Shown: piece by piece, positions 1 to 8,060 of the stretch
Position numbering within the stretch: the stretch's first letter is position 1
Layout: the number at the start of each line of letters is the position of its first letter
Source: Candidatus Eiseniibacteriota bacterium
Lineage (GTDB): Bacteria > Eisenbacteria > RBG-16-71-46 > JABDJR01 > JAWXBZ01
Assembly (NCBI GenBank): GCA_034440375.1
Contig: JAWXBZ010000031.1
Location: 1-17,924, forward strand
Direction of reading: 5' to 3'
Length of the DNA: 17,924 bases
Made by a program: the position numbers and the translations under genes
The notes under the pieces: model-generated
Told to the model about the DNA's origin: nothing
What the model saw: the letters and a program-made list of their open reading frames with translations, nothing else
The model's database searches: none

Positions 1-528
1 CGAGAAGACGACAAATCGAACGGGCCGTCCCGGGATGTCGGGGCCGTCGGTCAGCGCATCGAGGGCCATGGCCAAAAGGACGATCTCCAGGGCGAACGTC
101 AGGGCGCTGAACCAGTAATAGAAATAGAGGATCGAAACGAACGCCGCGTGAAAGAGGGCCACGGCCAGGAACCCGCCTGATGGGCGCCCCGTCACGCGAC
201 GGCCGATCCGGTACAGGGGCCACATGGCGCCGACGCCAAGACCTGCGAGAACCAGTTGATAGCCCAGTGGCTCGAATCCGAACAGCCGAAAGAGAACCCA
301 CCAGAGCAGTGTGGGCAGCGGGCGGTAGTAGCCGAACAGATTTTGACCGGGATCAAAGGCCGTCAGCGGATTGGGGTGTGAGGCCGCCCAACCGAGCCAG
401 TGAACGTCGTCGGTTCGAAAATACACCGGCAGACCGAGCAGTGGAATGATCACGGCCAGCGACAGGGCCGCGGACAGGTATGCGAGGCTGTTCCGTCGGC
501 GGTCGGCGGGTGCGGAGGGCTCGATCAC
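1..528 (-). CDS. GT-C fold membrane glycosyltransferase (ArnT/PMT-like), N-terminal part; runs off the left edge
   Basis: Translated by hand; not in the ORF track. GTG at 528, with an in-frame TGA upstream at 543-541, and open to base 1: MIEPSAPADRRRNSLAYLSAALSLAVIIPLLGLPVYFRTDDVHWLGW...NLFGYYRPLPTLLWWVLFRLFGFEPLGY... A first TM helix followed by DD and YYRPL is typical of GT-C enzymes. Confidence 0.8.
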   Translation of the reverse strand, partial: MIEPSAPADRRRNSLAYLSAALSLAVIIPLLGLPVYFRTDDVHWLGWAASHPNPLTAFDPGQNLFGYYRPLPTLLWWVLFRLFGFEPLGYQLVLAGLGVGAMWPLYRIGRRVTGRPSGGFLAVALFHAAFVSILYFYYWFSALTFALEIVLLAMALDALTDGPDIPGRPVRFVVFS

Positions 529-534
529 CGGGGG

Positions 535-543
535 ACTGTATCA
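535..543 (-). promoter_or_regulatory. Extended -10 box (TGA-TACAGT), 6 nt before the GTG start; probable leaderless promoter
   Basis: The minus strand reads TGATACAGT-CCCCCG-GTG, with no Shine-Dalgarno sequence. Confidence 0.5.
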
Positions 544-581
544 GTCCGATGGGGCAGCGGGCAGCAGATGGCTCCTCGTCC

Positions 582-590
582 TGCTAGACT
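582..590 (+). promoter_or_regulatory. Extended -10 box (TGC-TAGACT) for the GT87-like gene
   Basis: A TGnTAnnnT match 10 nt before ATG 601, with no SD. It is divergent from the box at 535-543. Confidence 0.4.
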
Positions 591-600
591 CCAAGACCCG

Positions 601-1815
601 ATGGGAACTGAGTATTTTCGTCTTCATCCGTGGATTGGCGTGCTGTCAAACCTGCCGGTCACTGCCGGGGTGGCCGCCATGCTGTTACTTGCCTGGGACC
701 CGTTCCGGATTCAACTGGAGAGAAGGCCGGTACTCTGGACCGGCGCCCTGTTCGTAGCAACCCGGCTCCTCTTTCTCGCACTCGTCGTCGGGCTGTTCGG
801 CCATGTCAGCCTCGATCTGACCACCTACTTTGAAGCACAGGGGCGCGCGGTCCTCTCGGGTCAGATGCCGTACCGCGATTTCGCCTGCTCGTATGCGCCA
901 CTCTTTCCGTTTGTGATGGCGCCGGCGACGCTCCTGCCCTGGCCGATACCGGCCATCTTTCTCCTGTTCGTGGCCTTCGATCTCATCACGCTCGTGACCG
1001 TCGGACGCATGGCCGGGACGGCGGCCGACGGAGCCCGCGCGGGTTGGCTGTATGCGGCGGCCCCGATTACCTGGTATTTCCTGGTCCGCTACGGACAGGA
1101 TGAGGCCTTGTCCGCGGCCATCCTGACGCTGGCCGCGCTGGCCCTTCGGCAGGGTCGGGCGTTGAGAAGCGGCCTCCTGCTTGGCCTTGGCTTCTGCGTG
1201 ACCAAGTTCACCTTCGGCCTGGCGCTCCCCCCCTTCTGGCTGGTCTCCCGAGCACGCAGCCGACTCTCGCTCGGCGTCTTCCTGCCGGTCGTGGGAATAT
1301 TCGGCCTCGCCCTGCTTGCCGGACTCCCTGTCTGGCAGCCACTCCTCGGCGAATCGGCTGAACTGGGCTTCGGCCCCAGCCTGTGGCGATTGCCGGTCCT
1401 CTTCACCCCGCTGGTCCTCGGCCGATGGGCTGCGCTGATCCTGGCGGCCGGCCTCGGCGCGGCCTGGTGGTGGTTCGCAAAGAGGGCCTGGGAGAAGGGT
1501 CTCGACGCCGGCCTTGTCCTGACGGCAGCCGTCTTCCTGCTCCTCTCGCCCAAGGTACTGCCGATGTACCTGACCCCCTTCTGGCCATTCGCCGCGCTCT
1601 GGGCCGCGAAGCGTGATGATCGGACCGATCTTTGGCTCCTGGCCGCGCTGAACCTGTTCCTTGGCATCTGGTGGTATGTCGACGCCGGGGGCGTCCAGGG
1701 GATGTTCGGACCGGTCGTTTCGGCATTGGCCGTGGGCGTCACGGGGGCCATTCCGATTTTGCTCCTCTTCCTGATCCGCCGGCTACTTACACGAGAGCCC
1801 ACGCGGGCCTCGTGA
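601..1815 (+). CDS. GT87/DUF2029-like polytopic membrane glycosyltransferase (GT-C), about 404 aa
   Basis: Motif DLTTYFEAQGRAVLSGQMPYRDFACSYAPLF, plus GQDE, TKF and many TM segments. Start moved from 400 to ATG 601 because 400-528 overlaps the divergent gene. Confidence 0.75.
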   Translation: MGTEYFRLHPWIGVLSNLPVTAGVAAMLLLAWDPFRIQLERRPVLWTGALFVATRLLFLALVVGLFGHVSLDLTTYFEAQGRAVLSGQMPYRDFACSYAPLFPFVMAPATLLPWPIPAIFLLFVAFDLITLVTVGRMAGTAADGARAGWLYAAAPITWYFLVRYGQDEALSAAILTLAALALRQGRALRSGLLLGLGFCVTKFTFGLALPPFWLVSRARSRLSLGVFLPVVGIFGLALLAGLPVWQPLLGESAELGFGPSLWRLPVLFTPLVLGRWAALILAAGLGAAWWWFAKRAWEKGLDAGLVLTAAVFLLLSPKVLPMYLTPFWPFAALWAAKRDDRTDLWLLAALNLFLGIWWYVDAGGVQGMFGPVVSALAVGVTGAIPILLLFLIRRLLTREPTRAS

Positions 1816-1821
1816 TAGACT
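1813..1821 (+). promoter_or_regulatory. Extended -10 box (TGA-TAGACT), 7 nt before the dinB ATG; probable leaderless promoter
   Basis: TGATAGACT-GGGCAGC-ATG with no SD. The TGA is also the stop codon of the upstream gene. Confidence 0.5.
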
Positions 1822-1828
1822 GGGCAGC

Positions 1829-3061
1829 ATGGAAGCGGCCAACGGGCGGCCGACCCGCTGGATCGGCCATGTCGACATGGACTCCTTTTTTGCCTCCGTT
1901 GAAATCCATGACGACCCATCCCTCTCCGGCAAGCCGGTGGTCGTCGGCGGCCCACCCGAAAAGCGGGGCGTCGTGGCCGCCGCCTCCTACGAATCACGGA
2001 AGTTCGGCATTCACTCCGCCATGCCGATGGCCCGGGCCCTCCAACTCTGTCCCGGGCTCGTGCGGGTATCCCCCAGGAGCGGCCGCTACAAGGATGTTTC
2101 GGACCAGGTTTTCGCCATCCTCCGCGATTTCTCTCCGCTGCTCGAGCCTCTCTCGCTGGATGAGGCCTTTCTCGATCTCACCGGCTGCGAACGACTGCTG
2201 GGTCCACCGGACATCGTCGGCCCCGAGATCCGGCGTCGAATCCTCACGGAAACCGGGCTCACCGCGTCGATGGGTATCGCACCCAACAAATTCGTGGCCA
2301 AGCTGGCCTCTGACCACCAGAAACCGGACGGACTCACGATCGTGACGCCGGAGTCGGCGCTGGGGTTCGTTCAATCCCTGCCGATCGGCCGCATGTGGGG
2401 CGTCGGCCAGCGGACACAGGAGGCGATGACCAGGGCCGGCATCGTCACCATCGGCGATCTGGCGGCGCTCGGTCCCGCGCTTGTCAAACAACACTTCGGG
2501 ATCGGTGCCCTCCGAATGCACGAACTGGCCTGGGCGCGGGACGATCGCCCCGTTGTTCCCGACCAGGATCCGCAATCAATCAGCCACGAGATCACCTTCG
2601 CGCGGAACCAGGGGTCGCACGATGTCCTGAAAGGGGTGCTGCTCGGCCTGTGTGAACAGGTTGCGGGGCGGCTCCGGCGTCACCAGTTTCTGGGCCGGAT
2701 CATCGTCCTCAAGCTCCGGTTTGCCGATTTCCGAACGATCACCCGCCGGCAGACGCTCGGGCACCACACGGACGACGCCGGGGAAATCTTCGAGATCGCA
2801 GAGGAGTTGCTCCTCGAGGGGCGGACCGCCTCACCGCTCACCGTCCGATTGGTCGGCGTCGGCGTCACGGGCCTGCTCGAACCCGATCAGATCCCGCTCG
2901 ACCTGTTTCCCGAGGCGCCGGCCGACGCCCGCACCTCGCGTCTCAATGCGGCAGTCGACCGGCTTCAAGACCGTTTTGGCCGCGAAGCCGTGCGACGGGC
3001 AAAGAGTCTCCTTGGCGAAAAGCCCCTGTCGACGGACTCCACGCTGGAACGGCGCGACTGA
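1829..3061 (+). CDS. dinB: DNA polymerase IV (Y-family)
   Basis: HVDMDSFFASVE, RGVVAAASYESRKFGIHSAM, SLDEAFLD, NKFVAKLASDHQKPDG, the HhH motif WGVG, and a C-terminal QIPLDLF clamp-binding-like motif. Confidence 0.95.
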   Translation: MEAANGRPTRWIGHVDMDSFFASVEIHDDPSLSGKPVVVGGPPEKRGVVAAASYESRKFGIHSAMPMARALQLCPGLVRVSPRSGRYKDVSDQVFAILRDFSPLLEPLSLDEAFLDLTGCERLLGPPDIVGPEIRRRILTETGLTASMGIAPNKFVAKLASDHQKPDGLTIVTPESALGFVQSLPIGRMWGVGQRTQEAMTRAGIVTIGDLAALGPALVKQHFGIGALRMHELAWARDDRPVVPDQDPQSISHEITFARNQGSHDVLKGVLLGLCEQVAGRLRRHQFLGRIIVLKLRFADFRTITRRQTLGHHTDDAGEIFEIAEELLLEGRTASPLTVRLVGVGVTGLLEPDQIPLDLFPEAPADARTSRLNAAVDRLQDRFGREAVRRAKSLLGEKPLSTDSTLERRD

Positions 3062-3098
3062 CGACCCGAGCCTCTGCGCGCACGGTGCCGACCTCCCG

Positions 3099-4385
3099 AT
3101 GATATCCCCGCTTCAGGAGCGGCCGGTCGTGGTCACCGGGATGGGCGTCGCCTCGCCGATCGGCGTCGGACTGGCCGCTTTCCGGGAGGGGCTTCAGTCG
3201 GGACGGAGCGGCACGGGTCCGATCACGCAGTTCGATGCGTCCGATCTTCCGTGCCGGGTGGCGGGGGAAGTCCTGGATCCGCTTCCGAGTCTCGAAGATC
3301 TCATCGAGAAAAAAGTGCTTCGGGTGATGTCGCGGACGACGCGATTGGCGTTGGTGGCGGGGCGGGAAGCGCTTGTGCACGCCGGATTGATTTCCACGGG
3401 CGCCAACGAGTCGGCTGTCGCCGACTCGTTGGGAGTCTGGATCGGTACCGGCGGCGGCGGGGTCGGATGGGCCGAAGAGCAGTACGGCATCTATTTCCAG
3501 GAAGGGTGGCGCCGAACGAGCCCGCACGGCATCGTGGCGGCTCTGCCGGGAATGCTGTCGAGCGACCTCTCGGCCGCGTTTGGCGCGCACGGACCTTCTC
3601 ATGTCCTGTCGACCGGCTGCACGTCGTCGAGCGACGCCATTGCGTATGCGGCTCTGGCGGTGGCCATGGGGTGGTGCGATCGGGCGCTGGCCGGCGGGGC
3701 CGAAGCACCGCTGACGCACGGCATCGTGTCCAATTTCTGTCGGATGAAAGCGGTGTCGACTGCCTGGAACGATCAACCCGCGGCCGCCAGCCGGCCCTAC
3801 GACCTGCGGCGTGACGGATTCGTGCCGGGCGAAGGGGCCTGGTTCGTGGTGATCGAGCCTGCCGATCTGGCGGCCCAACGTGGTGCCCGGGCGCTCGCGC
3901 GCCTTAAGGGCTACGCCTCGACCTGCGATGCCCATCATCGGACCCGCAACCATCCCTCCGGTGCCGAAACAGCCCGTGCGATCCGGACGGCGCTGGAATC
4001 TGCCGGCGTATTGCCCGGAGCCGTCGGTTACGTGAACCTGCACGGCAGCGCCACACCGTTGAACGACCGGATCGAGAGCCTGGCCATGCACGCCGTTTTC
4101 GGAGAGGCCGCGCACCGGATACCGATGAGCGCGCTCAAATCGCAGATCGGCCATCCGCAGGGGGCTTCGGGGGCCGCCGGCCTCGTGGCCACGATCCTGG
4201 GGATGCATGGCAGCTTCATCCCGCCCACCATCAACTGCGACGAACCGGATCCCGATTGCAACCTGGATGTCGTTCCGCACCGCGCGCGTCCCCATCAATT
4301 CGAGGTGGCCGTGGTAAACGCCATCTCGTTCGGATCGAAGAACTCCGTGCTGGTCGTCACGGCACCGGACGGATCGACCCGGTGA
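3099..4385 (+). CDS. fabF: Beta-ketoacyl-ACP synthase II family (FabF-like, divergent), about 428 aa
   Basis: VVVTGMGVASPIG, catalytic Cys in STGCTSS, ASRPYDLRRDGFVPGEG, His in NLHGSATPLND, and KSQIGHPQGASG. Start placed at ATG 3099, just after dinB. Confidence 0.85.
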   Translation: MISPLQERPVVVTGMGVASPIGVGLAAFREGLQSGRSGTGPITQFDASDLPCRVAGEVLDPLPSLEDLIEKKVLRVMSRTTRLALVAGREALVHAGLISTGANESAVADSLGVWIGTGGGGVGWAEEQYGIYFQEGWRRTSPHGIVAALPGMLSSDLSAAFGAHGPSHVLSTGCTSSSDAIAYAALAVAMGWCDRALAGGAEAPLTHGIVSNFCRMKAVSTAWNDQPAAASRPYDLRRDGFVPGEGAWFVVIEPADLAAQRGARALARLKGYASTCDAHHRTRNHPSGAETARAIRTALESAGVLPGAVGYVNLHGSATPLNDRIESLAMHAVFGEAAHRIPMSALKSQIGHPQGASGAAGLVATILGMHGSFIPPTINCDEPDPDCNLDVVPHRARPHQFEVAVVNAISFGSKNSVLVVTAPDGSTR

Positions 4386-5584
4386 AACGCCTCACCGCCC
4401 GACTCGCGGCCCTCCTGTTCGGACTGTTGGTCGGAGTGGCCGCGCTCGAAATTGGCCTTCGTGTCATCGGCTGGTCGGCGCCGCGGCTGACGACGCACGA
4501 TCCGAACCGCGGCAAGGCCTACCGGCCCGGAATTCGATGGCATCAGGCGGAGGAAGGCGAGGCGGACATCATCATCAATCGATGGGGATTCCGTGATCGG
4601 GAGTGGACCCTGGTAAAGCCGCCGGGCACGGTGCGGGTGGCCCTGCTGGGCGATTCCTTCGTCGACGGCCTCCAGGTGCCGATTGATTCCACCTGGGCCC
4701 GCGAGGCCGAGCGCCGGCTGAACGCATGCCACGCCTTCGGCGATTCAACGGTGGAGGTGATGAACTTCGGCGTCTCCGGCTACGGCACGGCCCAGGAGCT
4801 TCAAACTCTCCGCCATGATGTCCACCGTTTCGCGCCGGACATCGTCGTGCTGTCATTCCTGCCCGGAAACGACGTGCGTGACAACGGTGTCCGGCTCCGG
4901 CGTGATCCCGGACGCCCCTATTTCACCTGCCACGATGACAGCCTGATCCTCGATCGGACATTCCAATCCTCGCACGGGCGGATGCCAGAGGGGGTGCGCT
5001 CCACCGGTTTGTTTCTTCTCGACCGGTCACGGGTGGCGCAGGCTGTCTACCGGATGCGCCTGCGCTCCCGCGAGCGGGCGCAACTCCAGTCGATCCACGA
5101 GCGCACCGACATCCTGGGCGACGCACCCCACCAGGAACTGGGCCTCGACAACATGGTCTTTCGACTTCCGGAGCATCCCGCCTGGATCGAGGCGTGGCAG
5201 GTCACCGATGCCCTGATCAACGCAATGAATCTCGAGAGCACCGCCCGGGGTGCCTCGTTTCTTGCCGTCACGATCTCGAGCAGCATCCAGGTTCACCCCG
5301 ACCGGGCGGTCCGCGAGGCGTTCATGACCACACTCGGCGTTGACAGTCTGTCGTATCCCGAGGAGCGGGTGGCCGCCCTGGGACGGGCGGAAGGATTTCC
5401 GGTCCTGGTGCTGGCCCCTCGGATGCTGGCCTTTGCGGAGTCGCGCCATGCCTGGCTGCACGGCTTCGCCAACACCCGACCCGGATACGGTCACTGGAAC
5501 GGACTCGGGCACCGGCTGGCCGGCGCCTGCCTGGCCGAGGCGCTGGCAGCCGGATTTGGCCGAAGAGCCTGTCCGGCCGAATGA
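4382..5584 (+). CDS. Membrane-anchored SGNH/GDSL hydrolase-family protein, about 400 aa
   Basis: The GTG start overlaps the fabF stop (GTGA). N-terminal TM ending in EIGLR; INRWGFRD; block I LGDSF; block II NFGVSGYG; block III GND; block V GHWNGLGH. Confidence 0.85.
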   Translation: MKRLTARLAALLFGLLVGVAALEIGLRVIGWSAPRLTTHDPNRGKAYRPGIRWHQAEEGEADIIINRWGFRDREWTLVKPPGTVRVALLGDSFVDGLQVPIDSTWAREAERRLNACHAFGDSTVEVMNFGVSGYGTAQELQTLRHDVHRFAPDIVVLSFLPGNDVRDNGVRLRRDPGRPYFTCHDDSLILDRTFQSSHGRMPEGVRSTGLFLLDRSRVAQAVYRMRLRSRERAQLQSIHERTDILGDAPHQELGLDNMVFRLPEHPAWIEAWQVTDALINAMNLESTARGASFLAVTISSSIQVHPDRAVREAFMTTLGVDSLSYPEERVAALGRAEGFPVLVLAPRMLAFAESRHAWLHGFANTRPGYGHWNGLGHRLAGACLAEALAAGFGRRACPAE

Positions 5585-5662
5585 TATGATGGTCGCCCGT
5601 CAACCCGTTCAAACATCGACACGGGACTGGACCGATCGATCACTCCTGCATGCGGACAACTG

Positions 5663-7558
5663 ATGAACATCCTCGGCCTATCAGCCTTTTATCATGACAG
5701 CGCCGCCTGTCTGGTCAAGGACGGGGTCCTGGTCGCCGCCGCACAGGAAGAGCGGTTCACCCGGGTCAAACACGACTTCCGGTTTCCGACCAGCGCCATC
5801 GACTACTGCCTGACCGAGGCCGGCATCACGCCGGAACAGGTCGACTACGTGGCGTTCTACGACAAGCCGCTCCTCAAGTTCGAGCGGCTGCTTGAAACCT
5901 ACATTGCGGTGGCGCCGTCCGGCTTCAAGCTGTTTCGGATGGGGATGCCGCTCTGGCTCAAGCAGAAACTCCATCTCCCCCGTGAAATGGACCGGGGGCT
6001 CGGCGGTCGTTACAAGGGGCGCTACGTCTTTCCCGAGCATCACGAATCGCATGCCGCCAGCGCTTTTTTCCCGAGCCCCTTCGACGAGGCGGCCATCCTG
6101 ACGCTCGACGGCGTCGGCGAGTGGGCCACGGGCTCCGTCGGCCACGGCGAGGGAAACAGGATTCGCCTGCTGAAAGAGATGCACTTCCCCCACTCGCTCG
6201 GCCTCCTCTACTCGGCCTTCACCTATTTCACCGGTTTCAAGGTGAACTCGGGCGAATACAAGCTGATGGGCCTGGCCCCCTACGGTCGGCCGATCTACGC
6301 CGACCTCATCAAGGACAACCTCCTCGACCTGAAGAGCGATGGCTCGTTCCGGATGGACATGTCGTACTTCGCCTTCCACCGCGACGACGTGATGACCTCC
6401 CCGAAGTTCGCGCGGCTTTTCGGCGGCCCGGCGCGCAAGGCCGAGGCCCCGCTGACGCAACGGGAAATGGATATCGCCGCCTCGATCCAGGAAGTCACCG
6501 AGGAGATCATGCTGCGCTCGGCGCGACACGCCCACGACCTGACCGGAAGCAGGAACCTGGTCATGGCTGGCGGCGTGGCGCTCAATTGCGTCGGCAATGG
6601 CCGAATTCTGCGGGAAGGGCCATTCGAGAACATCTGGATCCAGCCGGCGGCCGGCGATGCCGGCGGGGCGCTCGGGGCCGCCCTCTTCGTCTGGTACCAG
6701 CTTCTCGACCAGCCGCGCCAACCGGGCGGCCGGGACCAGCAACGCGGCTCGTTGCTGGGCCCCGACATCAAACCGGATGAGGTTCAGGAACTCCTCGATT
6801 CGGTCGGGGCGGTGTACCGCCGGATCGACGACGACGCGGAACTCGAGAGGACCGTGGCCGACCTCATCGCCAATGAAATGGTTGTCGGGCACGTGGCCGG
6901 CCGGATGGAATTCGGCCCGCGCGCCCTCGGCAACCGCTCGATCATCGGCGATGCACGCAGTTCGAAGATGCAGGCGACCATGAACTTGAAAATCAAATTT
7001 CGCGAGTCATTCCGTCCCTTCGCGCCGGTGGTCCTGCGGGAGGCGGTGGCCGACTGGTTTGACATGCGCCCCAACGAGGACAGCCCCTACATGCTCCTGG
7101 TGGCTCCGGTGCGTGCCGACAAGAGGGTGCCGGTCGACAACCCCGGGCCGTTTCGTGCCGACGAACCGGCGGCCGACAACGACCAACCGACGAGCGGCGC
7201 CGACGGCAAGGCCGCCTGGGGCATCGAACTCCTCAACGAAATTCGCTCGGTCGTCCCGGCGATCACCCACGTCGACTATTCCGCGCGGGTGCAGACACTG
7301 GACGAGGAGCGCCACGGACGGTTTTATCGGATTGTCCGGCGCTTCCACGAAGCCACGGGCTGCCCGGTGATCATCAACACCAGTTTCAATGTCCGGGGCG
7401 AACCGATCGTCTGCACGCCCCGCGATGCCTGGCGCTGTTTCATGGCCACTGATATGGATGCCCTGGTTCTCGATCGCTTCATTCTGCGGAAGTCGGAACA
7501 GCCGGAGCGGGCCGGGGTCGATCGGGATGCCTATCTCAAGGAGTTCAAGCTTGATTGA
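5663..7558 (+). CDS. O-carbamoyltransferase, NodU/CmcH/TobZ family (SxtI-like)
   Basis: LGLSAFYHDSAACL, EHHESHAASAF, DGVGE, EYKLMGLAPYG, GGVALNC, EFGPRALGNRS, FRESFRPFAP, NTSFNVRGEP. Confidence 0.95.
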   Translation: MNILGLSAFYHDSAACLVKDGVLVAAAQEERFTRVKHDFRFPTSAIDYCLTEAGITPEQVDYVAFYDKPLLKFERLLETYIAVAPSGFKLFRMGMPLWLKQKLHLPREMDRGLGGRYKGRYVFPEHHESHAASAFFPSPFDEAAILTLDGVGEWATGSVGHGEGNRIRLLKEMHFPHSLGLLYSAFTYFTGFKVNSGEYKLMGLAPYGRPIYADLIKDNLLDLKSDGSFRMDMSYFAFHRDDVMTSPKFARLFGGPARKAEAPLTQREMDIAASIQEVTEEIMLRSARHAHDLTGSRNLVMAGGVALNCVGNGRILREGPFENIWIQPAAGDAGGALGAALFVWYQLLDQPRQPGGRDQQRGSLLGPDIKPDEVQELLDSVGAVYRRIDDDAELERTVADLIANEMVVGHVAGRMEFGPRALGNRSIIGDARSSKMQATMNLKIKFRESFRPFAPVVLREAVADWFDMRPNEDSPYMLLVAPVRADKRVPVDNPGPFRADEPAADNDQPTSGADGKAAWGIELLNEIRSVVPAITHVDYSARVQTLDEERHGRFYRIVRRFHEATGCPVIINTSFNVRGEPIVCTPRDAWRCFMATDMDALVLDRFILRKSEQPERAGVDRDAYLKEFKLD

Positions 7559-7991
7559 CCTGAATCTCCGCCCGGACCGAAAGCTGCTCCGGGGATTCGG
7601 CTGGATCGCCCTGGGATTCTTCGGACTGCTGGGCGGGGTCGTCTACTGGAAGAAGTCGATCGTCGGCATCCACCTCGGGCCAGATACCACCCGGCTCGTG
7701 GCCGGCCTGCTCTGGGGCGTCGGCGGCATCTCGGGGCTGTTGTCCCTGGTACGGCCGGAGTGGAATCGATTCCTCTTCATCGGCATGTCCCTTGTGGCCT
7801 TCCCGATCGGCTTCGTCATCTCCCACCTGATCCTGGTCCTGATCTACTTCGGAATCATGACGCCGATCGGCCTCCTCTTCCGGCTGATCGGGCGGGATGC
7901 GCTCAACCGCCGACTCGACCGGGCCGCCGAAACCTACTGGATCGACCGGAAGCCCGTGAAGTCGGTGGAGCGCTACTTCCGCCAGTTCTGA
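7551..7991 (+). CDS. SxtJ-family membrane protein, about 146 aa
   Basis: TTG start with an AAGGAG SD 7 nt upstream, overlapping the carbamoyltransferase stop. LRGFG and the C-terminal YFGIMTPIGLLFRLIGRDAL...TYWIDR...RQF are characteristic of the family. Confidence 0.85.
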   Translation: MIDLNLRPDRKLLRGFGWIALGFFGLLGGVVYWKKSIVGIHLGPDTTRLVAGLLWGVGGISGLLSLVRPEWNRFLFIGMSLVAFPIGFVISHLILVLIYFGIMTPIGLLFRLIGRDALNRRLDRAAETYWIDRKPVKSVERYFRQF

Positions 7992-8003
7992 GACGGAGGA
8001 GAA

Positions 8004-8035
8004 GAGGCCCCGGAGGTTCGCACCTCCGGGGCCTC
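8004..8035. terminator. Probable bidirectional terminator hairpin between convergent genes
   Basis: Perfect 14-bp stem GAGGCCCCGGAGGT/ACCTCCGGGGCCTC with a 4-nt loop (GCGA, a GNRA loop, on the minus strand). U-tracts are weak. Confidence 0.7.
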
Positions 8036-8060
8036 GACTGCTCTCTTGATCAGGTGACTC

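Noticed and set aside
400-600. N-terminal extensions in the ORF track (400 for GT87; also 2652, 4256, 7389, 10909 and 16138)
   Set aside because: They overlap neighbouring real genes or regulatory DNA. Family motifs and SD or promoter positions support the later starts.
1780-1828. LexA/SOS box upstream of dinB, or an imuABC cassette
   Set aside because: No recognisable SOS palindrome is present, and there are no imuA, imuB or dnaE2 neighbours.
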